DNA of 64,000 nucleotides. Origin: Felis catus (Eukaryota). The stretch lies in contig NC_058368.1 in assembly GCF_018350175.1 (NCBI RefSeq), forward strand, positions 78,804,001 to 78,868,000, given 5' to 3'. Numbering within the stretch: position 1 is the first letter of the stretch; each line of letters begins with the position of its first letter. Of this stretch, positions 1 to 12,979 are shown piece by piece. The translations under genes and the position numbers were made by a program. The notes under the pieces were generated by a model, which did no database searches, was not told the origin of the DNA, and worked only from the letters and a program-made list of their open reading frames with translations.

Positions 1-1329
1 TACACACTCACCACCACCACCCCCCCCCCCCGCCCACCCAATACACGCAAAGTCACCTTATCCCCCGGTGCTTTTGGTGATTATAACGGTCTTGTACTAG
101 TGTAGATGAATTCTTATTGGGTTGCATGCTCGACCTATTCACACATGAAGCAATTTACCTAAAGATCTTTTGTGAGGATAAAACAAATGTTTTGGAGGAG
201 AGTAATTGAAATTAGCACTGGCCTGTTTAATTTAGTTCTGTGATGTGCTTCCCTAATTTCTAATTGGAAGTGCATGGGAAATACCATCTCTAAAAAAATA
301 AAGGAATTTCCCGAATGAGAAAAGCTTCCTCCTTCCACACACGGATGCTTATTTTTATGGGCCTGAAATAAAATGGAGTTACTTTTATTGTTGCAGATTT
401 TTATGTAGGAAGCATTTTGCTTTGATTACTTAAATGCTTTCTGCAGTTCTAGTTGAAGCTGGGGATGGGGAGTGGTTTGCTGAGAGATCGCGCAAGTTTC
501 TCTCTGGAGTTCTGGAAACCGTGAATTGAATTTAGAAATGTGAAGTTAATTGTTAGACTCTGTGATGGTCTGACGTTTTTGCAGAGATATGAAAGCTTTT
601 AGGTTTATTAAGTATTTTTTCAGATTTGTGGAAACCAAAGGCAATCTTAGCTAAATTTTGGATTTTTTCCCTTCTTCTTCTGTCTTTTCTCCTTCCTTTT
701 CTTCCTTTGTCCTTCCCTCTCTCCTGCTCTCCGTCTTTCTTTTCCTTCTCCCCTTCCATTTGGTTTAAACGCAAGCAAATCTCTCTGATCTTTAATATAA
801 CTAAACTCTCTTCTGTACATATTTTAGTGTCCTGGGCATCTGCTGTATGTATTTTATCGTTCAGATTTCAAGAGATTCTTTCTTTAGTAAACTGTGCACT
901 TGGAAATAAAAATAAACTTCTAAATATAATCTCTCTACTGTAACGTAATTTAACTGTTACTGATGTAATTTGTGTCCTGGAAAACCAAACACTGATTTTT
1001 GAATTGGCTTTGGGAAAGCGGACAATGAGCAGACTATTTAAAATCTAATTAATTTTTTAATGAGAGTGCTAAGAGGAGCTATCATTGGTGGGTGGGGAGA
1101 TGCCTCAGTGTGCCTGGTTGTGAAGCTCCCCATGTGGGGAGAACATCACAGCACATGTTACAAAAGCAAAACCCAAGACAGGAAAAGCCAGTCTCATTCG
1201 AATCCATATAAAGCAAGAAATGGAAACAAAAGACACAGATGGGGAAGGAGAAAGGAAGGTAAGAATGACAAAGGAATCAGGAAAAAATGGAAAAACTAGA
1301 ACCATTAAGTGCATACGTCAAGTTGTTCA

Positions 1330-3600
1330 CAGCAGCATTGAAAACACAAAATATATAATAATATATTTAATAAAATATTTTAACAGAAGATTTCTACACT
1401 GACGACGATGAAACTCTGCAGTGAGAAATGAGAAAAGAGCTAAATAAATGGAGAGGCAAAGCCACATTGATGTGTAGCGACAGTGAATATTTTTGCTCTA
1501 GCTGTGGAAGGCTGAATATTATCCCCCAAAGATGCCCACACCCTAATAACCCAGTTCCTGTCAATACATTTGTTACCTGGCAAGGCAGAAGAACTTTGCA
1601 GTTGTGGTTGATTAAGGATTTTGAGATGGAAAGATTTTCGGGGATTACCCAGATGGGTCCTTAAAAGCAGAGAAACATTTTTTCCTGGGTGAGGGTCTGC
1701 GAGAGGTGTGGCTCTGCAAAGATGGTCGGAGAGATGCAGGTTCAAAGGTGAGGGAAGGAATGAGTTGCCTGTAGAGGCTGTAAAAGTCGAGAAACAGATC
1801 TTCCCCGAGAGCCACGAAGGAACATACTGTTGCCAATACCCTTATTTCAACCTTGTGAGACGTGTGTCAGGCTGCTGAATTGTAAGATAATTTCTTTTTG
1901 TTTAAAGCACTACATTTGTGATATTTTTAACAGCCATAGAAAATTAATACAGTGTCTATTTAAAGCTATTCCCATCAAAATCCTAAACCCTTTCTTCTAG
2001 AAATTGAAAAGTTCATTCTAAAATTTATATGGCGACACAAAGTACCCACATGGACAAACTTATCTTAAAAAGTAAGAAAATGACAGATTTTTTTTCAAGA
2101 CTCACTGTAAGTCTTTCACTTATGTGATTTCAATACTGGCTATAAAGCTACACTAATCAAGGTAGTTAGGGAATGAGATAAGGGCAGACAAATAGATCAG
2201 TGAAACAGACCAGAGTCCAAAAGTGGGCAGGGACAGATGTATTCCATTAATTTTCTACAAAGGTAGCAAAGCACTTCAGTATGAGAGGAAAAAAAGGTTT
2301 TTTTGTTTGTTTTGTTTTTTGTTTTGTTTTGTTTTTTAAGAAATATGGCTGAAAAACAACACTTTTGTGCTGGACCAAAATAAATTTGAGCTTTTATGTG
2401 CCATTTGTGAAAACTCACTTGAGGTGGTCCATAAGTATAAACATTAAAATGATAGAGCCTTTAGAAGAAAATATAGCATGATATTGTCATGACCTTCGAT
2501 TAGGCAAAGAGCTATTGAACATAAAGAGTGCGAACCTCTAGAGAGAAAAAGTAGAGATGTTGCACTTTAACAAAAGCAAAACAAAGTGAAAATAACCTTC
2601 AGTTCTTAAAAAAAAAACATTTTCAAGAATATGAATAGGTGAGCCATAGAATGGGAGGAAATATTTGGGATATGCGGATCTGACAAGTGTATCTAGAACG
2701 TACAAAGAACACAGATCACTAATAAAAAGACAAACACTCTAGTAATAAGTGGGTGAAAAAGTCTTGAATAGACACTCCACAAAAGAAAATCTAAGATTGG
2801 CTACTAAACGCATGAAAAGGTGTTCAGTGTCCTTCGCTGTCATGGAAATCAGTAAAACTAGACCAAAATAGGACTTCATTCCCAGTATGATAGCTAAGCT
2901 TAAAAAAAATGACAAAAACAAGTGTTGGAGAGCATGTGAATCTAGCAATATGTAGATGTACAATTACAAAATTATTACATAGAATATGGGGCAACAGGAA
3001 CTCTTGTTGGGGATGGGAGTGTAAATTTGAGCTCTCGGCAAAAAAAAAATAAATAAAAAAATAAAAAAAATAATCGGAGCTCTCTGACTACTTTGATGAT
3101 GTCCAGACCTTTGCCTTGCAATTTCTGTCCCCTAAAGTGCTGTATCCAGAAGAGATCCTTGCACGTGTGTCCCAAGAGAAATAAATGAGAGTATCTGTAG
3201 CAACATTATTTGTGAAAGTAAGTGACCGCAAATGACTTGAATGTCCACTGAGGAGGGCAGACCAGTCGTGATAACATTTGTACAGTGCAGTTACATGCAG
3301 CCAAGAAAATGGAAAAATCTTGTTCACATCCACTGCCTCTGGTGATTCTCCAAAACGCAGTGTTAAGTCACGAGAGCAGGGCATCTATGAATATAGACAC
3401 TAGGATTTCACTTCTATAAATGTCACAAACAGATACAACCGGGCAGTATGTAGTTTGGACATACTTCTGTACGTAGGGGTTAAACCTGTAAGGAAAACAT
3501 AGCAATAGCCCAAAATTCACAACAGTGGTCAACTCCAGGAAATAGGGATAATTTGGGGAAGAAACACAGAAAGATACCATGAATGACCCATTTTAAAAAG
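1330..3600 (+). mobile_element. Old degraded L1 (L1M-type) ORF2 3' part and 3' UTR, interrupted by a MaLR LTR
   Basis: A-rich strand with L1 ORF2-like phrases (attcccatcaaaatcc...gaaattgaaaagttcattctaaaatttatatgg; tataaagctacactaatcaag; gacaaatagatcagtgaaacag); no intact ORF; boundaries approximate. Confidence 0.75.
1503..1951 (+). mobile_element. MaLR solo LTR (MLT1-like)
   Basis: Starts tgtggaaggctgaat...cccccaaagatg, internal gactttgcag.tgtg.tt..ttaaggattttgagatgg, ends cagccatagaaaattaataca. Confidence 0.8.
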
Positions 3601-4166
3601 TTGGACCCACTGGAAATTATTTCATTTCCCCTCTGTCAGTGATACATGTACATTATATGTATTCCTTGAATTTCTATTTTATAATAAGATTTAAAACATA
3701 GATTAATCTCTCATCAAGTTGTTTCCTTCTTAAAGCCTGGGAGTACGTTTCCCTATCTTCCCACGTGACTTTAGTTCATATTACCTGTGGGGCTGCCGTG
3801 ATTAGGCCATACTGGTGAGACTTTAATTTAGAGTTGCTAAATTAAAAGAAAGACTTAAAACGTGCGAGAATATGCGATTCCTCCCAAAAGATGCCCTAAA
3901 ATAAACCTGAAGGGCGTTAAGTGAGCCTTTTCAAAGCCTCAGCGATTTACACCTCATTTGGTAGGTAATTTTTTGTTGGAGTGTCTGTCACTTTTTTTAT
4001 ATAAGAAACGGAAAAAAACTGGCAGTGGAGGGGGTAAGAAACGTTTAGCGTAGGATATATTTATACGTTCTCACACCACCAGACTCTAAGTGCCCTGGAG
4101 GCCAGGACTGCGTAGCACCTACTCACGAATCCTCAGTATCCACTACACTGTTTCTTATTTCCGTGA

Positions 4167-4262
<96 letters not shown>

Positions 4263-4607
4263 TGATCAGCATCCTGGGACCACCCGCAGTTACCGTCTCC
4301 TTCCTTTCCTACCAGAGTTGTTCATCCACCATCGCCAGAGTCAGCCTCTCCTGGCAAGTTCTGTGCACACGCTCGGTCCAAGCACTGTTCACAAACTCCT
4401 GTGCCCCGCCCCCCCCCGCACCTTTACAAGAAGACATTCCAGAGGGGCTCCGTGTATAGGGTGCCCTTGGACTTGGGTGCAATCTGCTTTTGAGCTTTAA
4501 TTTCCTAGGCAGTGATTCCTTCAATGTCAATTACTTTAAAATATTTTGCTGTTATTTAACTAGTTTCTTATCGTTTCAAATATACACTTGTTCACTAGAG
4601 TAATATT

Positions 4608-4817
4608 TTAAAAATTCTTATTTATTTATTTTGAGAGAGAGAGAGAGAGACAGCAGGGGAGAGGCATTGAGAGAGGGAGACAGAAAATCCTAAGCAGGCT
4701 CCCTGTGGTCAGTGCAGAGTCTGACGTGGGGCTCGAACTCACGAACTGTGGTATCATGACCTGAGCCAAGATCAAAAGTCCCGGACGCTTAACCGACTGT
4801 GCCACCCAGGTGTCCCC
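4608..4817 (-). mobile_element. Can-SINE (SINEC_Fc-type)
   Basis: Reverse-complement tRNA-derived head, (GA)n, T-rich tail; TSD ctagagtaat. Confidence 0.92.
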
Positions 4818-5096
4818 TTGCTAGAGTAATTTAAAACAATAATAATGTTTTCTTCTGCACAGATAGATATACTGTAGAAATCAAGACGGACTTTCTCAAG
4901 CTAATTTAAAACTTTGAAAATCTTAATGTTACTATTTTTAATAAGTATCTTTTTGAATATTTCTAGAGTTCTTTTTACCACTGTTATTGCATATGTACAT
5001 ACACTAATTTAAAAAATAGATGCTTATTCATTTTCTAGCTTTTAAAATTTGACAAATATACTAATCAGTTATTTGTTTGTTAAAAATAAAAATCTA

Positions 5097-5340
5097 GGGG
5101 GCACCTGGGTGGCTCAGTCGGTTAGGCAGCTGACTTCGGCTCAGGTCACGATCTCGTGGTCCGTGAGTTCAAGCCCCGTGTCGGGGCTCTGTGCTGACTG
5201 CTCAGAGCCTGGAGCCCGTTTCAGATTCTGTGTCTCCCTCTCTCTCTGACCCTCTCCCGTTCATGCTGTGTCTCTCTCTGTCTCAAAAATAAATAAACGT
5301 TTAAAAAATAATTTAAAAAATAAAATAAAATAAAAAATAA
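5097..5340 (+). mobile_element. Can-SINE
   Basis: GGGGCACCTGGGTGGCTCAGTCGGTT head, (CT)n, A tail; TSD aaataaaaatctagg. Confidence 0.95.
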
Positions 5341-5600
5341 AAATAAAAATCTAGGAAAAGTATAGCATAAGTAATAAAATGATATAAAATTTTGAAGGTA
5401 GTAATTGATCTAAATAACTTAATTCAGTTTCTTCTTATTGCTATACTTTAATAATCTAAAAGCACTTTATGCCTGAGATTTGTCAGTGGATATACTTACA
5501 GGTGTATGATTACATGACTAACCACCAGCTTATGACAAAATGAGAGTTTTTCTCTATTTCTTATTTTTTTGGAGTTAATTGTTGTTTAAGTGTATCCATC

Positions 5601-5805
5601 TTTTTTTAATGTTTATTTTTTTTTTGAGAGATAGAGAGCATAAGCTGGAGAGTGACAGAGAGAAAAGGAGAGAGAGAATCCCAAGCAGGCTCCCCATCAT
5701 TAGTGTGGAGCCCAAGGTGGGGCTCGATCCCAGGAACTGTGAGATCATGACCTGAACCAAAATCCAGAGTCAGATGGTTAACCAACTGAGCCACCCTGGC
5801 ACCCC
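5601..5805 (-). mobile_element. Can-SINE
   Basis: Full reverse-strand copy; flanks share tccatct. Confidence 0.9.
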
Positions 5806-5964
5806 TAGTCCATCTTACCTGCTCAAATAAACTGAAGATTTAACGAACAAAACTCTAAGATTGCTTTATAGTTTCTAACTTTAGAATCAGGCTAATATTA
5901 ATGATAGTGTAGTAATCTTACCATTAACTACAAAAGCATGTGGTTTGTTTTGTTTTGTTCTGTT

Positions 5965-6215
5965 TTGTTTTTTATTTTTTTATTTTTTTTTTAATTAAAA
6001 AAAATTTTTTTTAATGTTTATTTATTTTTGAGACAGAGAGAGACAGAGCGTGAACAGGGGAGGGTCAGAGAGAGAGGGAGACACAGAATCTGAAACAGGC
6101 TCCAGGCTCTGAGCAGTCAGCACAGAGCCCGACGCGGGGCTCGAACTCATGGACCACTAGATCATGACCTGAGGCAAAGTCGGACGCTTAACCGACTGAG
6201 CCACCCAGGCGCCCC
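5965..6215 (-). mobile_element. Can-SINE
   Basis: Ends gagccacccaggcgcccc; TSD-like ctgttttgtttttt on both sides. Confidence 0.95.
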
Positions 6216-6233
6216 TGTTTTGTTTTTTAAAAA

Positions 6234-6450
6234 GGGAGCACCTGGGTGGCTCAGTCGGTTAAGCATCTGACTTCGACTCAGGTCATTAGGATGCAGTTCA
6301 TGAGTTCAAGCCCCACGTCGAGCTCTGTGCTGACAGCGTGGAGCCTGGAGCCTGCTTTGGATTCTATGTCTCCCTCTATCTCTGCCCCTCCTCCCTTGTG
6401 CTCGCTCTCTCTCTCTCTCTGTCAAAACTAAACATAAAAAAATTCAAAAT
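6234..6450 (+). mobile_element. Can-SINE
   Basis: gggagcacctgggtggctcagtcggttaag head, (CT)n, A tail. Confidence 0.93.
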
Positions 6451-6928
6451 GGTAAAGAGTAAATAGAAATTTATAGTTTTTTTTCCTATTCTTTAAAATA
6501 TGTATTGTGAAATATGTCACATCCTCTGTTTACTGTAGTTCCAACAGATCACATTTTTCACGTTTATACTCCTGGCTTCTTTCCCAGAGAAGAGAATATA
6601 TGATTGACCCTTGAGTATCTAGACTCCCATCTGTCACACTTCTACCTTTTAGGTCTAGCGTCAACTAGACCTAAATGTGCCCAAATAGACACCCAAGGCA
6701 ACCCACAGCCCTAGAGCCCAGGGCATGACTAAATGTCTGGTCTGGCCTCAACTCTGGCCACCTCAGGATATGATGGCTGTCTTACACAGTTTTGCCCATG
6801 TGGGTCATGCTGAGTCTACCATCAATATAATCCATTTTCCATACTTTATTGGTTATGAGTGACACAGTGATGGGCTGATAAAAGACTCTCAGTAATCTTT
6901 GTTGATTGAATGAAAATACTTCTTTCTT

Positions 6929-6996
6929 GGGGCGCCTGGGTGGCTCAGTCAGTTGAACATCCAACTCTTGATTTCAGCTCAGGTCATGATCCCAGG
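6929..6996 (+). mobile_element. Can-SINE 5' head only (3' truncated)
   Basis: ggggcgcctgggtggctcagtc...gatcccagg then similarity stops abruptly. Confidence 0.85.
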
Positions 6997-7538
6997 AAGT
7001 TCAGTCATGAGGATTGAAAAAGAAGAGTTGCACCCATTAGATTCCTAATTGTTACGAATGCAAACTTTTCTTCAGGATTGACTGACTTCCGGTTTTGATT
7101 GTTAGTAAGTGCGAATTTGATTAAGGCACATCGATATGACCACCTAAAAATATTCAGATTTTACTGTCAACCTGTAACTTATAATATAATTATATTTCAG
7201 ATTGAAAAACACAGATCACAGAGAAAGGCTAGACTTACTGTTCTCATAACACGACTATTGTCCATCTACCCATTTAGTAGGATGTTTGTAGAATGCCTAT
7301 GACAAGTTTTATACTAACCCAGTCTTCGGGAAGTATAACTATTTTCATCTTTTTCATTCATCAAGCTGAAGGAAGAGTTGCAGAGAATAAAATGACATTA
7401 AGTTCCTTCAAGCTTAGCTTCTCCGTGATTTTACATCTTACGCATCACCACTTGGTGACTATTGTTTTTATATTTTTCATTTCATTTTTAATTAAATATG
7501 TCACTGATATAAAACAAGATAGCCTTTTAAAATGGCAT

Positions 7539-7665
7539 GGGGCGCCTGGGTGGCTCAGTCGGTTAAGTGTCCAACTCTTAGTTTCAGCTCAGGTCATGAT
7601 CTCACAGTTTTGTGAGTTCAAGCCCCATGTTGGGCTCTGCTCTGACAGTGCAGAGCCTGCTTGGA

Positions 7666-7715
<50 letters not shown>

Positions 7716-7796
7716 CCCCTCCCCTGCTCATGCTGTCTCTGTCTCTCTCAAAATAAATAAACAAACTTTAAAGTTTTAAAAATAAATAAATAAATA
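7539..7796 (+). mobile_element. Can-SINE with expanded (CT)n
   Basis: Canonical head and tail; TSD aaaatggca. Confidence 0.95.
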
Positions 7797-7964
7797 AAAT
7801 GGCAATACTGCAATTTTATTCCTACCATAAACTTTTAATGTTTTTCATTTTGCTCTATGTGTTGATAAATTTTAGCATTTTAAGCACATCGGAATTATTC
7901 CAAGTGAATCGTTTTCTGTGATCTCGCCTCCTACTTCTTCTGTGTCTTGTATTGTCTTTTGTAG

Positions 7965-8118
7965 ATATTGCTGCCTCTGAGTTTATTGAGGAAATGCTGC
8001 TGAAAGCTGAAATCGCCTGGGAAGAAAGGGTTAAAGAACGTTTATCTGTCCCTGCCTTGGCCTCTGAGGAGCCATATGAGGAGATTCTCCACGACCTTCC
8101 AGCACTTTCCAACAAGCT
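7965..8118 (+). CDS. MYO16: MYO16 internal coding exon (D)[50 protein letters not shown](L), 154 nt, phase 1/2
   Basis: Pyrimidine tract + gtAG acceptor, CT|GTAAGT donor, open frame, matches recalled MYO16 post-ankyrin segment. Confidence 0.96.
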
Positions 8119-8554
8119 GTAAGTGCCTTTAGTGTAGAATGCTGATGTCCTAGCCCTTGCTCGCTGAAGATTGATTATTTTGTTTGCCGTCCCTGTGAAC
8201 CACCATTTTACAGTCCATTGCAAGATGGACTTTTAATGAAAAGAATTAGAAAATTGAAGCTATCTGTCAACATACTTACCACAAAATACTGTTGACAGTC
8301 GTGAGTTTAGCATAATTTTTGGAAAACTGGCTGATTCTCTTAAACATTATTATTTTAGTTAGTGTTTCAATTTGTCACCATGGGACCAAAGGTCAGATTT
8401 TAAACACACTCCACATTTTTAGCTGAACTGATTTGTAAGATTTCCTGTGACTGTTAAAATGACTGAATTCCTAAAGTAGGAAATAGAGATGTTCACTTTT
8501 TCTCTCTAAAGTACAAAGCTTAATGATTTCTTGTTGTCTAAAATATCTCCTAAA

Positions 8555-8895
8555 TACTGATACATACTATAGCAAGGATGGACCTCAAAAATGTTATGTG
8601 AAGTGAGTGAAGCCAGGCACAAAAAACTGCGTATTGTATAATCCCATTTAGATAAGACATCCAGAATTGGCTAATCCATAGAAGCAGAAAGTGTATTAGT
8701 GGATTACAGGAGTGGGGACGGGTAAAGGGGAATGACTCTTAATGGATATGGAGTTTCCTTTTGGGAGTGGAAAATGTTCTAGAAGCAGATGTGATGGTTA
8801 CACAAATTTGTGAATAGGCTAAAAAAAAGTGCTGAATTGTACACTTTAAAAGTGTGGATTTTGTGCTATGTGAATCATATCTCAACAAAAGAAGA
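8555..8895 (+). mobile_element. Old L1 3' end (L1MB/MC-like)
   Basis: atggacctcaaaaatgttatg..aagtga..gaagccag.cacaaaa...aaatgttcta...gaattgtacactttaaa...atctcaacaaaa. Confidence 0.8.
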
Positions 8896-9154
8896 AACTA
8901 CGTAAGGAAAAAATATTTCGCTTTGAAAAACAAAATCTGGTATTTACAAGCAGCGGGACCTTGGGAAAGTTCTTTCTATGAAATTGTTTCTTTTCTGGCA
9001 ATAGCGAATCTGTCTCCTACTGGAATATTTGAGGGTGCCCTGAATAAATAACACAGTTTGGGTTCAGACAGACTGAAAAGTAATCCAGCTGTAATGATGG
9101 AGACCAAATTACACCTGATCACTGATAGGGGATGCTTTGGAGGGCATAACTGAA

Positions 9155-9279
9155 ATCTTAAGCAGGCTCCACACTCAGTGTGGAGCATGACCTGGGGCTC
9201 GATCTCACACCCCGGGGATCATGACCTGAGCCGAAATCAAGAGTCAGGTGCTCAACTGACTGAGCCACCTGTGCGCCCC
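9155..9279 (-). mobile_element. Can-SINE, partial
   Basis: aagcaggctcc...gagccacctgtgcgcccc; tail missing. Confidence 0.85.
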
Positions 9280-10867
9280 TAAATGGATCCCATTATTGGG
9301 CAGCTTTACCGACCACGTCCAAGGCACCTGTGAACTAGATCAGGTCTCCCAAATGAGGAGCTTCCAGACAAAGCTCATAACAGGATGGGACAAGCAGGCT
9401 CGCTCTACGAATAAAGAGAAGGGAGCTAAGGAGATGCTCTTCCCAGATTCATCCATCAGAGATGATGGATGCCCAGACTTAGCATGACTTGATCTCCTTT
9501 CCCGGGGAATAGAGGAGATGCTTCCAATTGCCTTCTCACAAGGGGGGGGGGGGTGTGCTGAATAAGAAAGCTCAGAGGGAAACACGCATTTCAGCACAGA
9601 TGCCATCACAGCCATTCAATAATACTTTTAATTTCAAGTTACCCTTGATAATTCAAGAGGCTACAGTTGTGTGCAGATGCATACGTTTACTTAATTCTCC
9701 ACTTAATGCTGGCACGTATTCATCATTGGATTGGACTTTTTAACTGTGTTAGAAAAGAGCTTGTTTTTATATCAGACACTCTGCTGAGAATTTCATGGAT
9801 TCTCTTCTTCCATCTTCAAAGCGCGATTAAGCGTCTCTTATTTTCCCAAGATCACAGAGCTGGGATAGGACACATCAGGATTTACAGCCCAGCACTCCTA
9901 CCCTAGATCTTCTGCACCCTGTTTTCACAGGTGGAAGAAAAATACCATGACATGGATGTGGGAGAAAAAAGAACAAAAAAAAAAACCCATAGAACTAGAA
10001 GTTAGAGTCCAGTTAGGAACGGTTAAGAAGATAAATATCAAGTGACCCCAAATGAACAGGTGGAATAGTTTGACATCATGTTTATGCGATTATACTATTG
10101 ATAGCCCTGGAATGAGAGGAGTAATACAAACATTTGCTATGGAAGAATTTTTCTTTTCATATGGTGAGAGTAAAATCAATACCCAACAGATTCTGTTTTA
10201 CTATTAGAATTATGTATGGGCTTTCCAGTTAAAGAGTTGTTAAACTGTAAGCAGATCCCAAGTTTGCGTTAAAACCAAATTCTTTCATAATAAGTTATTT
10301 GGGGTAAATATCAACTTATCCATGCATCTATAGCTTTGTTTATGTCTTCTCCCTTTAAAAAAATAAAAGAAACTGATGACAGCCAATTTGCCCCCAAAGA
10401 TACTTCTATATATTTTTTTATATTGTTGATTCAGCAACATGTTTTGAACAGATTATTAAGCGGCCTATTTATTATACCCAATTCAATATAATTGTTTTGA
10501 TTACATCGTTTCTTACTGACTTGGAGCTTGGAAACTTTGCAATAAGTTTATATTGAATTTCGACCTATGTTTTCATTGCAGTCCACTGTTCTTTTTGTTC
10601 AGAGAGAGAATTGAAAATTAAATCGAAGAACAAATCAATCATAGTTTTACTTTTTTTTTTAATCTGAAAAAAATCGCAAATAGACTTGACTAGTTTAAGG
10701 GTAATAATTACATTTTTAAATTGTCTTTTATAATTTATGATTGTGATACATGTTAGCTGTTTTTCATTGTCTTTGTAGTGTTATTAATAAATACGAAGCA
10801 GCAGCAAATAGATGAGATAGTATACCAACTAGGTACAGTTATATTTTAGTGCAGAAATTTTACTTCC

Positions 10868-11085
10868 TTTTTTTTCTTAATTTTTAAATGGTTACTTATT
10901 TTTGAGAGAGAAAGACAGAGCATGAGCGGGGAGAGGCAGAGAGGGAGGGAGACACAGAATCCGAAGAAGGCTCCAGGCTCTGAGCTGTCAGCACAGAGCC
11001 TGATGTGGGGCTCGAACTCACAGACCATGAGGTCATGACCTTAGCCGAAGTTGGACACTTAACTGACTGAGCCACCCAGGCACCC
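10868..11085 (-). mobile_element. Can-SINE
   Basis: Full copy; TSD gaaattttactt. Confidence 0.95.
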
Positions 11086-11207
11086 TGAAATTTTACTTTC
11101 CATAACTGCTCTTCTGAGCTGTGCTTTTGTATGAGCAGGACAAATATGGACACTCAAATTTCTTCCATAAATAAATTCACAAACATTGTAAAGGTCAAAA
11201 CGTTTTC

Positions 11208-11433
11208 TTTTTTTTTTTTTTAATTTTTTTTTCAACGTTTATTTATTTTTGGGACAGAGAGAGACAGAGCATGAACGGGGGAGGGGCAGAGAGAGGGAGA
11301 CACAGAATCAGAAACAGGCTCCAGGCTCTGAGCCATCAGCCCAGAGCCCGACGCAGGGCTCGAACTCACGGACCATGAGATCGCGACCTGGCTGAAGTCG
11401 GACGCCCAACCGACTGCGCCACCCAGGTGCCCC
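11208..11433 (-). mobile_element. Young Can-SINE (GCGCAGTCGG / CAGCCAGG variant)
   Basis: Nearly identical to copies at 20058, 20288 and 62891; TSD aggtcaaaac(g/t)tttt. Confidence 0.95.
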
Positions 11434-12979
11434 AGGTCAAAACTTTTTCTAAAGTGGTAAATGTGTGCATTGTTGAGGGAAAAAAAGCATTTGTTTCTTT
11501 GAGTGCATTTTATAGCACAATGGTGATTGATTGGGACAAGAAACTTACTGAAATGTGTAGGATATTTTTAACACACTGCTCTTGTAATAGAGAACATATA
11601 TGAAAAGGATCAGAGCATTGGTGTGAGTAACAGAAAATATAAGTGTAATTCTTTTGCAGATCTCTTACGTGTCATTTACAAAGCAGCATTTGTTCACATA
11701 CCAGTTGTTGGAGCGTCCATGGTTTAGCCCTGGTGTCCGGGAGGGTTTGATCTTGTGTCTCTCTCTCCTGCCTCAGTATTGCTGGGTTTTCTGCAAACGC
11801 TTTCTAGCTGTTCCCTCCATTAAAATAAACAAACGCCATTGTTCTGTGACAATCCAAGTTTCCCTCATTTAAACCAAGCGCACCCTCGAGTGGTTTGATA
11901 ACCTGAATTTTAAATGTGAAGCCTGATCTTCAGGTATTTCCGGAAGTCCCTCAGCTTTAGGGAGGTGAAGAAGGAATTAGAACAAAATGAAAATCCAGGA
12001 AGAGGGGGAAAGAGCAAAGGGGGGGCCTCGTGGTCAGTTTTCCTCTGCTCCAGGCAAGAACAAGCATTGGAATGAATGAAGCTCACTGCTCCTTTCATTT
12101 CCTCATTTTGCCCCAGAAAAGATAGTGCTTGAAGCGTACAGTTAGAAAAAAAACTACAACAGCCTTCTTCTCTCCTCCGTGTGATCTGTTGTTTTTCTTC
12201 AGAAAGTCTCTTCACCCACCTTTTATCAGCAGCCCTCATTCTGAGAACTTACGACACATTACCTCCTCTGAGTTATCATGGCCCATCTTTTGGGTTTAAA
12301 TCCCGCTTCCTATTCCTTTGCGTTCTACAGTTGACTGGCTCCTTTTACATTTTCCTAGGATACGTTTTGCTTAAAATTTTCAGAAAACGATTGAGTGTTT
12401 TAATCTGCTGCCTCAGCACGTAAGTCAAATTCCCTTTCCAAATGTCAGATCTTGTTGACCGTCCCGTGAGGATTTGTGTGCTCACCCACGGATAGGATAA
12501 GAACGACACTTCTGCTGTGGTTCACTGTTAGCTGGACCCCTAATGGTGGTGAAACATTTAATCAATAGGAAATTCCTATACTGTTGAATTGTTCCACATT
12601 CGACGTTTCTAAGATATCTCCTATTTAAGTGAACGTGATGAAGTGTATATTTGTTGCCTGACTTTCAAGTTCATGTCTCAAAATGAGCGTGTTAGATTGA
12701 ACTCAGAAGCCTTCCCAGCTAAGATGTTCCTTATCTGTTTAACTTGCAGGCTTCCTCTCTGCCTGAAATTTGCAACCACTGTTATCATACTCGACTGCTA
12801 TTCCCCCTCTGTTCTTTCTTGACTTCTGACTGGGTGCCTCCTCCCTGTGTTGTCTTTCCTGTCCTGAGATGGATCCCAGGGTCTCATGTCCAGTTATTGC
12901 CACTAATGGAACAGCCGTGGCCAGAATGCACCCTTTGGTGTTTGAACATGGAAGTGCTCTCCCGGGGTATTTAAAAACA

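Noticed and set aside
553..943. Lys/Arg/Glu-rich and Leu/Phe/Ser-rich ORFs
   Set aside because: By-products of a polypyrimidine low-complexity tract (about 660-760); same for ORFs over the 37962-38134 microsatellite
5097..5180. tRNA-like A/B box sequences (TGGCTCAGTCGG...GAGTTCRAGCC) throughout
   Set aside because: Heads of tRNA-derived SINEs followed by CT tract, A tail and TSD; no complete tRNA cloverleaf
7855..8223. 122-aa antisense ORF over exon 7965-8118
   Set aside because: Shadow ORF of the coding exon; no recognisable protein or promoter evidence
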